The position numbers were made by a program, and so were the translations under genes. From contig JAUGWO010000144.1 in assembly GCA_049724395.1 (NCBI GenBank), positions 1 to 64,000 on the forward strand: DNA of 64,000 bases, written 5' to 3'. Shown in pieces: positions 10,423 through 24,494 of the stretch; position 1 is the stretch's first letter; each line of letters opens with the position of its first letter. This DNA comes from Spongospora subterranea f. sp. subterranea (Eukaryota). The notes under the pieces are model-generated. The model saw only the letters and a list, made by a program, of their open reading frames with translations. It did not search any database and had not been told where the DNA came from.

Positions 10423-11680
10423 ATGCCACGGAAGCGAAAGCAGTTGAGGCATCTTGCCAACTTAGCAAAGTCTAAACGTCTCAAATGTCCAATTATCAAA
10501 GAGATTTTGCCTAGCGAAGGGGCTGATGCTTTAGATGACAACATTGAAAAAGGGGCTGATGCTGTTGACGACGAAGATGAAGAGTACTTGGTGGATGAGA
10601 ATGCATGTCAGAAAGAAGTGGTGGATACCGCGGTCGCCAACGTCATTCGATGGGTTAAAGGTGCAGGGAATCAATTTCGCAAAGGTTACACTGGCGAAAG
10701 CCGAGCGACCAAATATCGGCGTGCTGCCGTTGCCAATGAACGCAAGGAGATGGCCGCTGTTTGTTATTCAATCAATGATTTTTTCAAGCCGGTCGCGCAG
10801 TTGAATGATACAAATGAAAGGTCCCTATCATAAGACGATTTCGTGAAAGCAATTGACAGCGAGGGTCGTTTCACACATGTTTGACAGCAACAAAACTGGG
10901 AACGCAAGGACACACAAAGCAAATATGACTAGATTCGTCATATAGCGGTGCATAGATATTTGATGCTTATCAAGGACGATCCTCTTGACAAAGCCGGACA
11001 AGTTCATTGTCAATAGCGAAAACGTTCTTCCCGTCTGAAAATAGCGATTAGCGAGCGCGAGCGGTGCAAGAATGGTCGCAGTTTTTTATTGCATTGCCCC
11101 CAATGTGTCAAGGACGCCATGTGAGAATCAAGAGCTAGATTGATGATGAAGACATAAAGAACCTCTGCAAAGCTTGGCTTCGTTCACATATCCCCCGACT
11201 CAATTTGTGGGCGCTCGTTTGCATTTTGGGTACGAGAATCGCTTCATTGAGGCTTAAATTACGCACAGCCTGTTCATATTCACGAACGGTCGGCACAGCG
11301 TTGGCTCCACCGACCTGGATTTTCGCACTGCACCTACCGGCAAGGATTATATTTTGACGGTCACGAGCGTGAAGATGTAGTCGATTACAGGAAAAGTTCT
11401 TGAATGAAATGTTTGCATTCAACGGCGAATGTTCACTTACGTGGGCGATAATCTCGAGATATATATGCAACCTGAGTTGCAAGATGCCGAGAAACCGGTA
11501 GTACTGATGACGCATGATGAATCGTGTTTTCGTGTTCGAAGGAAGATCGGCTAGCGCTGACGTCAGAACAGCAACTCCTTCATCCTGAACTGCCAACATA
11601 CGCTCGAGAGAGCCTGGGAAGTGTGACGATGGATACTGGACGAACGCTGACCTGGTCAAACAAGTTCAAGTAATATGAAA
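10423..11680 (+). mobile_element. Decayed IS630/Tc1/mariner-type transposase of the DGHER/THDES type
   Basis: Plus-strand fragments QGRHVRIKS*IDDEDIKNLCKAWLRS, SAQRWLHRPGF..GLYFDGHEREDVVDYR, VLMTHDESCF, PGKCDDGYWTNADLVKQ; stops and frameshifts. Confidence 0.75.
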
Positions 11681-12965
11681 GCCGAAACCGTATTGTCGAC
11701 TGCCGCCGGTGAAGCCGCCACCCTTGACCGCAATTAAAATATGTTGTTCATTGAAGTTCTTCAGAACCATCGCTGCGAAATTCACAATCGCAAACTGGCT
11801 TCGATTCAACGTATATGTGATCCAGGAATTTCACCGAGGTCATTTTCCTGCTGCTGCCAAAATAAGCGGAGATAGATTATGACGAAAATACGGAAACAAA
11901 GTATCCTCAACGTGCCGCGTCTGAGGAAACGTCTTTGTCACATTGAAAAATCAATCCTCAGTTTCCGGGCCCTGAATCCATTTTTCATAACTGCTCGCTG
12001 CAAAAGCTGTCGATTCGCACAGAGTCGCTACAAGCTGCCTCTCGGATGGTAATCTGCAGAAGGCGACAATCATCCTGGCTTGACGTTTTTGCTGGGGATG
12101 TGTTTCCTGGTCAATTGTTGCCGTATTTGTCCTGGTTAATTCCTTCGAACTCAAACAATCGCTCCTGTTTTTGGTTCACAGGTAGTGCTGAACCGAGGCA
12201 TTTTAGGTTCAAATTCGACTGTTTACTGGATATTACGCTGTGCCAAATTCATGGCATAAAAAGCGTACTATCATCGATTGCCACATTGATAATCGATTAT
12301 TTATGTTGCCCATTGCAGGAAGGAAATCGTTGGACGTCTGTGTTTAGAAATGTCAGTGGATCTTGCAAGAAAGGATTGAAGGGCTGATGAAAGAAAATGT
12401 ACGTGAGTATCACACCTGCCCAAAATTGCAAACAGAATGGTCATTCCAAGTCGAAACTGCTTCGCATCTTCACCATGTTTCTTGTTTGCTTCAATAGAAA
12501 GCCATCGGAATGATAAAAAAATGCCGTTCTTGCATTGCCTTACTTGACAATTTGGCGGTTCAAAAATGCATACGATTTGCAGTAGATATGATAATACTCC
12601 TATTTTGCAAGCTTTGTCACTTCATACGAGTTGAATCCCATCCCGCATGGAAAGGTTGACGGAGAGACAATGAAATGGGAACAGCTTCACAGACAGAAGA
12701 TGACACAGTACATTAATGCCGCGATACGTAGGCAAAAAGAACAACAAGCAGGCAACGCCATTGTTAATTGGAGATAAGCTAAAGTTGCTGGTAATGCCTG
12801 AAACGGGCTCTCATCCGCCTCTGGCCACTACCAATTGACAACGTCATATTGTTGCGGTCTTCGACTCCAGAAGAACAATTATGACATTTTGATGACTATC
12901 AAGAAACAACACAACCGCATCCAGATTCGATTATTGTTTGACTCTCAACTTTCGTATTTAGACAT

Positions 12966-14694
12966 TTACTCTCTATTATTAGTTGTTTCGCTGCCTGATA
13001 AATATCGTACAAAGAGACGCCTAGCTCTTTCAACAGTTTGTTTTAGCCTCTCCTGAAACAGATCGTATCAAGCCCGAATCTCAATAGTAACACTGATTGA
13101 TCCATTCCTACCGATAAAGCTAAACGATCAGATGCAGGCGATGCAGGCATAACTGTCATGTCTTCACAGCTTAAACCAGTTGAACCTCCAGATTTCTGAT
13201 CTATCACGCTGTCGCTCGTTGAGGCAGCAGCATCGCTGGCAGGTTTCGGCATCGATAAATCAAAGATACCAGACTGTATCGGTTGTATCACATCAGTTTC
13301 CGAAGAACGAAGTACCGGTCCTGGGACATGGGGAATTGCGGCAATACTCTCAACTTGACTGTCGATAACCGATGGAACCACAACGACGGAAGGAGTATCT
13401 CCAATCTCATTAAAACACTGTGTTGACCCTAGCAACCATGGATCAATCTACAGCAAATCAAAATCAGACCATATATTAGGCTGCAAAAAAATCCAAAATT
13501 TTACTTTGAGCTGGGATAGCGTGATACGTTTCAAAGGATCCTTTTCAAGCATGCTGCTCAAAGTTAATTCTAGCGAAGCCGATATCGGATGAGGCCAAAT
13601 TATTCTGTGGAGATATCACGACGAATCCATCAAGAACAGCACAGGTGGAATTTACGCGGCGTTGCATATAAGGTCATGAAGTTCTGAGGTAGTCTTCGCT
13701 TGGAACGGAACTTTTCCGAATATCATAGCGTATAGAGATACCCCAGCGCTCCAAACATCGGTCACCCTGGCGCTGTACGGCTCGGAAAGAGCTGAAAAAT
13801 CATCGGCATTAGATGAATTCAACAGAGACGAGGAACGCAAACATTACGAGCGCACATCTCTGGTGCCATGAAGGCAAGACTACCAGCTGTACTTCTAATA
13901 AAATCATCGCTGCCATGGAACTGTAAACTCACCCCAAAATCGGCGATCTGAGTGTTTGACGTTATGGGTATGCGACACAAAGGAGTATGAAATGTTTTCT
14001 AACTTTGACTACCCCCGTGTCTGATAGCAATAAGTTATCAGGCTTGATATCACGATGGGCGATGCGTAGATTATGAACTAACGTGGCGAAGCGTTCAGCA
14101 TAGAAATCATGCAAAACACAATTCTTACGGTATTCAAGACCAGCAAGGACTTGACGAAGATATTGCCGGCACACATCTTCATCCAACGGTGCACAGTTTT
14201 CCGTATGCAAATCAATAATAGGTCCGTTCGATAGATATTCCATTACTATTTCAAACAATATATAAACAGATTTCTGGTCGACCATAAAAATCACACCTAG
14301 ATACAGCTTGTCTTCCTCAGGATCGTCAATGACTTCGTAAAGCTTTACAACATTTAAATGATTCACAGATTTCATGACGGCGATTTCTTTGCGAAGGCCG
14401 GTGAGCAAATCAGTGACACTGTTCTTGCCCAATATGCGTTTGCGTTTAAGTACCGCCTTATTCATGATCTTAATGGCGAATTGTTTGCCCGTGTTATCAA
14501 TCGCCAGTTTGACCTATTGATCCCAATGTTTAAAATGCTGATATTTCATTTAGTCCAAATTCTACTTTGCCATAACTGCCTTTTCCAATACATTGCCGCA
14601 TCAAATACTGGTTCACTCTCTTTTCCCCCGACTTTGTATCGATGATTACAGATAATTTATCGGTTTCAATAGTTTGTTGCGTTGCCGACGCCAT
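12966..14694 (-). CDS. CaMKK/SnRK1-activating-kinase-like Ser/Thr protein kinase (multi-exon; 3' end approximate)
   Basis: VNQY..IGKGSYGKV, EIAVMKSVNHLNVVKLYEVIDDP, HRDIKPDNLL, IADFGVS, STAGSLAFMAPEM, DVWSAGVSLY; short GT-AG introns. Confidence 0.88.
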
Positions 14695-15834
14695 TGTCAC
14701 TTTGCAATTCCGATCACGACGATGGTGCACCTGCGATTACGTCGTGGTGTAATTTTGGGACTCGGGAGCAAAGAATTCCGTCGAAAAACCCTGTTCCATT
14801 GACATTTATCGTTCGGTCAACACGGGTCCGTTTGAATGAAATTGAAGCCTACCGCGTCGTGACGCGATGCTTGGCGCGTGCCTCAGGGCCGGAAAGATCC
14901 CAGCCTTCAACAAAGGGAGGGACGGGAGAACTGGCCCTTCGATGAGGCGAGATCATGCCAAGGGCGACCTGAAGTGCCCTGCAAGAGCCACAAAAGGCGT
15001 CTTTCGGTCCTGCCTAAATCGGCAAAGTGCCCTAACGTCTCAAAACAGCCCGTTTTCTATTCTGACCTCATCTCTCTCTACGGACAATAAGCGAAGAGGG
15101 CCAGGGACGGTCGAGGAGCCCTTGACGGCTTGACCCCATTCCTTCAGGCGCATCATAGGAGGAATGTGGAGAGGAGGTCGCCGCCCGCTCCCAATCCACA
15201 CGTTGAGTCAAGAATTAATGGTTGCCGCGTGGCACCCTTGACCTACAGCATGCCACGGGTCACCCATGACAACTGGGGAATGGTCGTGCCTGGAATCTCA
15301 GCTCACCGGTAGAACCCAGATTCCACCAAGCCGTATAAATATCAGTTCAATAAAAAGAAATCGTTTTCCATGAAATATTTATAAAGATTTGAGTTTTGAT
15401 GGGTTTTGTTAAAAAATCCACGTTAGTTGTTTGAATGTTTTTCTCCGCTTGCAATGCACATCGGAAACGCTATAGAGCCGTTAACTTCCCAAATTGAGAT
15501 ATCAGATTACGCTGGCCCCCATAACCAATTCAAAGGTGTCTGACTATTAGTGTAGTCGGGTGCGATACGTATGCGATATCTCGATTGCAATGGTTGAGTA
15601 TGGTGTGGGATCTATAAGTTTTTCATGAACATCGCCCGAGCACGGATTTGTCATTCGAGAAACGATGGCGATAGAACTCAGTACAGTGTACTTATACAGA
15701 GGCGGCATGTGGTTGCGCCAAGTGGATCAGTGCAACAGGTGCACATAACGACCCGTGACGGACATTGGTCATTATCTTTACCGATAACTGTCGTAAAGGG
15801 GGGAATCAGCCTGGGTTCCGTTTAGCTCGCCATC

Positions 15835-17935
15835 ATGTCGCGCCGTCAACGCGCCTCTGATCCTGACGAGCAGCCAGCCGGAGGCTCCCAATTACAGGTT
15901 GTGGCGTCCTTCCGATTTTCAAACATTATCTAAGTTCTAACTCTGATGTCCTTTAGGCAACACCGAGCCGTAGCTCCAAAAAATCTGCGGTATGCTAGTA
16001 CCATCATCAAGTGTCAATTTCTGAAATTAGACGATAGGTCGCAACTCCAAGTAGCGCTTCTTCGAAAATGCTTGTCAAGGAACTTCAACAAATGCTTTCT
16101 GACCGAGGTCTGGAGACAAAAGGCCGAAAGGCGGATCTTGTTGCACGTCTCGTAGCGTACGACCAAGAACAAGCGGAGGCGATTACTGTGGATGAGCCGA
16201 CCAATTCTCTTAGTGCATCCGAACCGGGAAAACATGATGCAGATTCTGTCAATGTTGAACAAAAGGCAGATTCTGTCGACGAGGTGGATGCTGAACCCGC
16301 AACTCCTAAAACTCCGGTAAACCCTTTTGCAACAACGTCTAAAGAGAAGACTCGCTCATTGAGCAATCATTCCTCTCAGCCAACGAGTCGTCCAGAAACA
16401 ATAGAGGGATCTCGGTCCCCAGTGAGAGAAACTCCTGCGCTATCAACGGTTGATTTTCCGAGGTTTTCACCTTCAAAAGCAGACAAAATGAGTGTCGATG
16501 CTCCTACATCCCATGAGCACCGTTCGCGTTCACGAAGTGTGTCACGTTCTCAATCACCCGTGCGAGATCAGGGTTCATCAGGGTCTCCTTCCCGGTCGCG
16601 CTCTCCATTTAAACAACAATCCAGTATGTCCCCACCTAGAGGGTCCACCCCCCGTGATTCCTCTCGATCTCCCGCTTCGATAAGCCGCTCTCCGTCGCCT
16701 GTTGATCGCATATCAACTGTCAACACTGTAAATAACACCGGATCTCCTCTCCCTACAACGCGCTCTGAGTCGCCTTCTGTATCTGTCAATAACGTAACGA
16801 CCTCTCCTCCTCGAGGCCCTATCAGCCGCTCCCTTTCGCCTCCCATACGCCTGTCCCCCTCGCGTGCACCCCGCTCACCATCCCCGATGGCGCGTTCTCC
16901 ATCGCCCGCGGATAATCGTGCTGCTTATCCATCGGATCGAAACAACGCGCGGTCTCCATCACCGGAACCATCCGTTCGCCGGCAATCCAAAAAGCAACGC
17001 AGGTATTCTCTAATTATGTCGCGTTTTGAAGTTGAACCATAATTCTCTATGCTGTTCAGGGTTTTTTACATTTTGTTGATTATATCCATATTTCCTCGTT
17101 TCTCGTTTTTGGTATTTGTGTTTTCGATGGTGCCACCATCATCAGATTTATCTTATGTGCCTGCGATTTTTGAACAACGCAGCGCAACAGAACGATGGTT
17201 ATGCTGTATCTTCTCGTAAACCATTTTTATTTCCGCATTGTGGTTTTTTTTATTTTTACAGTTCAGCTCGGTTTTCTGAACTGTTTTCGCTGTAGATCCC
17301 GATCTCGTTCTCGATCATCTAGCTCTGGGTCGGATAGAGACATGGGAGAAGTACAGTGTCCCGGATCCCCTGTTGCTGCCACATTCAAAATTCGGATCAA
17401 CAATTTTGTCCGACCTCTACGAATTGGTAGGACGGTCATGTTAATCGATTTTGTTGATACACGACTCTAAGTTCAATCCATTTAGATGACGTTCGGGCAC
17501 TGCTCAGCAAATTCGGGAACGTAACCGACCTTACTATGGATAAATTCAAAACCCATGCAATTGCCCAGGTAATTTACTAGGCCTCTAACACATTTGGTTT
17601 CTCAAGAAACTGTGCAGTTCGACTCGAAATCCGATGCGGCCACAGCTTTAAGAAACCTACAAGGGACTGTATTCCAGCCTGAGAGCGGTTAGTTTAATGA
17701 TGTCACATATCTCAGCAGGGCCTGAATTCACTTTTTGTTAGGGAAAACATTGGAAGTAGTGTTTGTCAACGACGAGGGGAGCACATCTGAATTTAACACT
17801 ATCGGTGACGCTCCACCAGTGGATCTTGGTAATGGTATCCCGCCACCTGAGACCCACACGATGACGCTCGACAATTTGTTCAAAAAGACATTAGCTTTGC
17901 CACCGATATACTGGCAGCCGAAAAAACTCGTTTAA
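15835..17935 (+). CDS. ACIN1: Acinus-like ASAP/EJC splicing factor (SAP domain, SP/RS-rich region, RRM, RSB motif)
   Basis: SAP VKELQQMLSDRGLETKGRKADLVARL; RRM IRINNFVRPL..MDKFKTHA; RSB motif LDNLFKKTLALPPIYWQP at the C-terminus. Confidence 0.85.
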
Positions 17936-18099
17936 TTTCTGTCGTCTAAATACAGTTTTTCATGTTTGTGTATCAATGCTGATATGGTTGTCTAGCTATA
18001 TTTCCACCAACTTCGCGTCGTCGCATTCAGAACGTCACAGCGCGAGGTTGTTGTTTGGATTACGATAGGCTTCGGGTATGACCAGTGACATTATATCAT

Positions 18100-21000
18100 C
18101 ATTTTGACAGGCTCTCGCAAAATGCCACAAGGGCATTAATCCAAAGTTGAAAGTCAATATCGAACTGGGGTCACGTGTGTTCTCCTATTCATCAAAAAGA
18201 ATACACTGAAACTACGATAGTTTTTTTTATTTGCTCCTACAAGCAAGAGAGACAATTCGAGCGGTAGTATAAGCAACGTCCCAGTTTGATTGAAATCACA
18301 CCGCTGCAGTGTCGCAAGAATGGCTGAATTCGTTGTTGACTGAAGTTGATAGATCAGGCTAAGTACACGATGAAATATTGAGATAATATTTCACGTTAAA
18401 GAGAACCTACCTTGATCGAATTTGTCGGACGGCAATCACGACGCTAAACCAACTCCCGACACCTGGGAATGCACACGCCAATAAAGCTTCTTCTCACACT
18501 TCCTGCCCAAGACATATGCAAGTGATGGACTGGTGGATTGAACGGTAGACACGATAATGGCATTTTGTGGGTAGATTGTTTATGAGACATGAAAACCTGA
18601 GGAGTGGTCCCAAAATCGGTTTGACCGTTTGAACGTTAACGTGGACAGTTTATGAAGGTAGTTCATGAACTCACATTGCGGTTTGGATAATATACTCCGA
18701 AGTTTATCCCTAACGTATTATATGAGTTCAAACTGCAATACCCAAATACAAAAAAATGTAAACGTTGGAACAGTCGTAGTTATAGTAGACGGAACCCATG
18801 AAATGAAAGAAAATAACTAATACCCGTGCTTGAATACATGACGGATGAACATCAAAAATGGCTGGTAATGACCCAACATTGGGCCGTTTTCGATAAAGTC
18901 TTTACACAGCTTGGAATCACGAAAGCGTTCAGTGCTGCGAAACCGGTTCCAAAGCGCCAAATCAATCGGGCTGCAACACCATGAGTTTCTCGCGATGATG
19001 AGAGTGAAATATGATCCATTCACCATTCAAACTGATACAGATGGTCCAGTTCACGTTGATAGTCATTAACGAGACTAGGATCAGGTTGTGTCTGAGGAGA
19101 GACATCACTACGAGCAACATCAGCAAGCGAGTTGTGAAATCAGCACAGCATAGCATACTCTGATTTGGTTCTGGTTTTGTACTTTTGATATACGGTGAAG
19201 TGGCGAACCTTGCAATACGCCTTGTAGATAAATCCGGTCCTAACAAGACAATCAGCAATCGTTGCAATACTGCCACCTCGTTCACGTACAATAGGTTTTC
19301 AAAATCTGAGATCTGTCGAGTGCTCGGGGGTGACTCGGGTCTAGTGATGGGATGATCAATGAACAAACTACAATATGCATGATTAGAGGTGATCACCTTA
19401 ACCCCACAGATTGCTCTAATGGCTCGACTGGGGGAACACCAAATTCATTCGTGCCGTCGTTAAGTTCTCCATTCGCCGCATTCATTTCCATAATTTCAGA
19501 GCTGAAAGAATGGATATTGGTAAGCATTGAGAAACACACAAATGAAAGCTCATTACTTCACTCCGGCAGAATTCACAGATTGCGAAAGCAGCTTGTCTGA
19601 CGATGATTCCGTCCGGTCTGTACCACCTTCGACCGCCATTTGCAGCTCCTCATCAGGACTACGTCATAGTTTTAAAACACTCAATACGAAAAAAAAAGCA
19701 GTAGAAAAACATTGAGGTGAAAAGGGGGTAATGTTTTGTATATCCTTTCTCGTACCAGGAATCATATTCTTCATTGGCGCTGCATGAGAGTAAGCAAAAC
19801 CAACAAACCAATAAAATTCAATCGAAATACCTATAATACTGCTCCTGAATTTCAAGCCCTTCCTTCGTCGCACTTCATCAAAGTTTAGCGAACGGGTTTC
19901 AGGAGCGCTGAGATGACACGTTGCCATACCTTTGGAAACTGACACGACCGTTATTTGCCATGAACGATTCGGTCACTCCAGCCTCAACGCTAAATCAGAC
20001 AAATGGCAACATTTCAGCAATAGACGAAAGTGACATTTCATATAGAGAAACCTAGCAATTTCAACTTTTGTGCCCACCGGCATCGACAAGTCGGATCGCG
20101 ACAAGTGAACCGATTTTCTCTGCCGTTTCTTCGGCTTTGTTTTCATCCCAAGACCGGTGATGCTAATCAGGCAAAACGTTAATCCAAGAGCAGCGCGAAA
20201 GCATCGCTCCATTACCAGATATGATATGATAAGTAGTCGAATACTGGACGCATGAGGACGTCCCTGGACGTGAAAAAGAGAAATCAATTTCGGTCGGAGC
20301 GACAGGAGATGATCGAATACCAGTCTTCGTCAGTTTTCAAGGGCGCGTTCCAACACCATTTAGGGCACTTGATCGATCTGAACATCGTCATCAGACCATG
20401 AACGGGGTGATGACCACCACACATGAATTTACAGATTGAAGTCTGGATTCCAACGCAAAACCTTATTGGCGATCCATTCAGGTTTTGCGGCAATTGCGTA
20501 AAGTCGATGCTGAATATCATCAGCAAAATTGTACGCCACGTCGGTCCTATCGCTAAACAAAGCAACGCTTAATGCGACAGCATATTAACCCATAATGAAA
20601 AACCCTTACGGTTGGATGTTCCCTACTGGTGTTTTTTTTTTTCTCAGATATATCTCAATTTTGCACCCCCTCTTTTTTTTTCAGGTTGTTTCCCGGCCAC
20701 TTGTTTGTTGCCTTCCGGTAGAAGCGCTTTCCTTAAAACAGGTCGCTCATGAGCGACACCAGCGAATTTCGTCTGTGAAAACTACTTACTGCATAGAAGG
20801 TCGATGTATGGAATGTTCAGCCTCCGCTACTGGAGAAATGCCCTTCTCGTTGACGCTGACGTCGTTGTTGAGCTCTTTCACCAGCTCATTCTTCCCCTCG
20901 TCAGTATCCCACAAAAACGTTGGCGTAAGCGCTTGAAGATACATTTGCTAGATTGAACATGGATCACGGGCGACACTAGCAACCACATTTCAGCGCCGCT

Positions 21001-22472
21001 TACTGCTTACGAGGGTGCTGTTGGCCACATGCGGCATCGGCCACCTTGATCTTCTTTGCAAGAAGCGATCTGTGAATAAAAAGTGATATCATCAATCAAA
21101 CACATATACTGAAACCGGTGAAACTTTAAGCAGACCTCACGATTTCTCTGAACTCAATATTGATGAATTGTTCAGCAGTGTCCAACATTGAACAAAGAGA
21201 AGCGAAGTCAGAAACCACCCCAGCAGGTTTCGTTAAGAATACGAGGCGGTTAACAATCGCGATCCATATCGATACGCTGAGAATTCACTGGTCACAATAG
21301 AGCACGATTACATAATCACAGACTTTACTCGAAGATATTGCGCCTCAACGAATGCAGCAGTGCGTTTTGGTCTTCCAGAATCCTGACAGGAAAACTTAGC
21401 AAACAGGAAGTATTGCAGGACCGAGAAAGAGCAATTTACTGCATTGACAATGTGCTGATTTTCTGTTGATGCTCTTCCAAACAGTTTTTCAACAGCTTCT
21501 TAGCTATAACAAAACAATATGCGAGTCGCCTCACTTCAATAGGATCGTCGAAATTATCTAGAGTTTTCAGTTGTTCAATGGCTTTCAAACTAGCGGCTGA
21601 TTCCGGGGACCTGACCCGACAACAGATTAGATTTGACGGGTGAACGATGACAGCTGAACATACCGATAGTCCCTGTGCGATACAATATAATCAGAAATCA
21701 AGTGTGCGACGGCGGAAAAGAACCATGATACACGTACCGCAGCGCTGGTGACAAACAAGCCAACGAGATGGTGCATATCGTCAACGTCAAAGCCAAAACC
21801 GACTTGGGATGTCCACTCATCATTTCGAGGTCGGATTCGAAATACCCATATCCCGAGCGAAAGCCAGCACAACCAATTCTCAATTATCGCTCTGGCTGTT
21901 TCCAGTGTCGAAAAATCCCCGTCCAGACCTATCACGGCAATTAGGATCACTGGATATAACGGGTGGCCCTTTGAGAATTGCGTAAAACTTGCCGTTGACG
22001 GCATGACCCGGACACCCTTCGCCCTTTTCATTTGCCGACAAATCCCGCTGTTCGTTATTATATGCACTCGTGCGTTAATGTGTTGGGTTGAGTCTGGCGA
22101 TAGCGAACACTGGATGGTATTTTTGAGACCAAGGGAACACATTCGCTCTCGATCAATACAGATGAGGTCTGACAGCTGCCGCATCCTACTGTACTACCGT
22201 ATTTTGTTCGACGCTCACCGATATGGATATGTCAGATATCCTTATTCGCCGTTCAATCCTCGATAACCATGATTTCCTCTCATGAAATGGTCAGGAATAA
22301 ATCCGCGCTTCAGAGGCAGTCCAACTCCGACCAGATATGCAATTTGAAACAGTTATGAACCGATCGCTTTGGTGGTGATGGTTCTAGAATCAAGAGAGGT
22401 TCGCTTGCAAACGACTACGGTAGTTTTCTGAAGAGGCAATTCTCTTCTGAGCAACACCGCAACCATTGACAT
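18100..22472 (-). CDS. Hypothetical multi-exon gene or genes, no recognised domain
   Basis: Chain of minus-strand open stretches separated by ~50-nt GT-AG intron-like gaps; candidate ATG 22472; boundaries uncertain. Confidence 0.35.
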
Positions 22473-22639
22473 GGACCCGTATCTAGTAAGCATCCCAAAA
22501 AGGTAAACCAAAAGCGGGACGGTACTATCAATTTAGTAGCCCAGAGCGAAGGCAGACCATTCGTTAAATCTACTTTGAATTTCTACAGTTATCAACGGCA
22601 AGCACTTCTCAAGCGTTTACTCTGAATGACTCATTGCAA

Positions 22640-24327
22640 GCACTTCGATATATGAGTCAACGAGCATCTCTACCGCAGGAAACCAGAATGGTGATCCGAC
22701 ATATACTCATAACAATAGAAATGTTATTGGATGTACTACAACATCTGTGCGTGATCATTAAAACCGCAACTATGGAAAGAGAAATTAGGCCAATCGCTAA
22801 AAGCAGTAGATGCCAGTTGCTATTCCCAAACGAAAACATTTTAGCATTTGTACAGCATTATGTGAACTCTTGTCTAGCGTCGGTCATGTACTCATGAAAT
22901 ATCTGTGAAGTCAAAACAGTGGAGCAGGCGTGATCCCGTTGCACAGCACTACGATGAGAGAAACGTTGGGAATCGCAAGCTCTCTTGCCACAGCGATCAT
23001 TACCTAATGCTAACTCATCCAAGCTTTTGCACTAGGAACTCCCTACGATAGGACGGTAAATGATGTGTTCGTCCAGCACTGCCTAATGAACGACAAGGAA
23101 CAATCTGAGCAATGCGATCTTGGCAAAAAGCAACACGAATCACACGACGACGTAGCTCTGACAAGGGGGTAGCACCACAAACGACAGACACGCGAATCAT
23201 CCTTCGACAGGTCACAAACCCATCGGCTAGGAATATAACCAGATTTTCTCATCGGTTCTCGCTCATCTAGATACGTCGACGACTCGACCACATCATCATT
23301 GGGATTATCGTTCAAATCGAGGCCACTCTCGTGCTCCGTCCCTGACACGAGCTTGAATGGGAAACATCGCCTCTGATGTTAAGGATATTGAGTTGGTGCA
23401 ATCCGCTCAACATCTCACACTTCCTATCAAGGATACCCAAAACAAGTAAAGGGACACGATGCTTCAACACTTGACGGATCTCATTCCGGATCAGGCTGTT
23501 ATCATGGCGCTCGAATTGTTGTAAAGCATTGTTTGAACTTTTGTTCATTAGCTCATGAATACTCTGACTCTCGGGCAAAAACGAGATATTATTTGATTAA
23601 GCAGCTTGTGGTCTGCTCTGAGCGCTGTTTACTGGTATTTATAGATTACATTACTGATGTTTTTACCTACAAGATCAGAAAAAACCGAAAGATAGTTTGA
23701 GTGCCCGTAGGTCAGTCAATAATTCGAAATCAAACTTCTAATTCAATCACTTAGACTTGCAATTGCAATCGATCTATTCAGTTGTAATCCGATGTCATTA
23801 TAGTTAAGCAAACGACATCAGATACGCCTGTAGTGGGCGAGTTGGAGAGTTAAGTTGACCGGTACTGTACCCGTGTTTCTCACCCTTTATTCATCATCAG
23901 GCATCCTTCTTGACGTTCGACCCACATAGTCCAACATGAGCCCGATCCAGCTGAAGACCTCTCGTATTTCGATGAAAAAGAGTATCTGGACACGCATTAC
24001 AGTCGTTGTCCATAATTTTCGGTAAATTGGTGACAACATGCCACCTCCCTCGGTATTACTTTCGACCGTCAAACAGATGTTGGCGACCGCCAGCCGTAAC
24101 GCCTTCACAACCAGAGTAGACTCAGGCAATGGCTGTTGAAATGTTAGAGTATAACCATCTCAGCGTCGTGTTTCCTCCCTTTACGAATTCACAGTCCAAA
24201 CCACAAGGACATTCTACGACTCCTTCCTGTTTCAACAGCTTACTACTGCCTCAATCAAGACCGTTTTCTTTTTCTGACGTGTTGAAATTTTTTCGACTTC
24301 AATGCCCCTTTCTATTACGCGGACCAT
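22640..24327 (-). CDS. Hypothetical multi-exon gene with a Cys-rich segment
   Basis: Minus-strand exon-like ORFs 23887-24129, 23312-23578, 23043-23348, 22657-22839; candidate ATG 24327. Confidence 0.3.
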
Positions 24328-24494
24328 TCCTGGAGTCGTACCATGAGAGAAATTAGGTTCGTGAGTTGGTTGAGTGACTCCAATGAAACAGACGATAAAG
24401 AAATCTGCTAACTGGTATTATGAAATCAGTAGCAAGCATTTTGGCTGGAGAGGGCATTATATTTAACAGATTAATTTATTACATGAGTGTGAAA

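Noticed and set aside
11135..11659. 174-aa minus-strand ORF
   Set aside because: Antisense shadow of the plus-strand DGHER transposase remnant
14860..15370. Possible solo LTR (TATAAA and AATAAA near 15335-15355)
   Set aside because: No target-site duplication or second copy visible; could be intergenic promoter sequence
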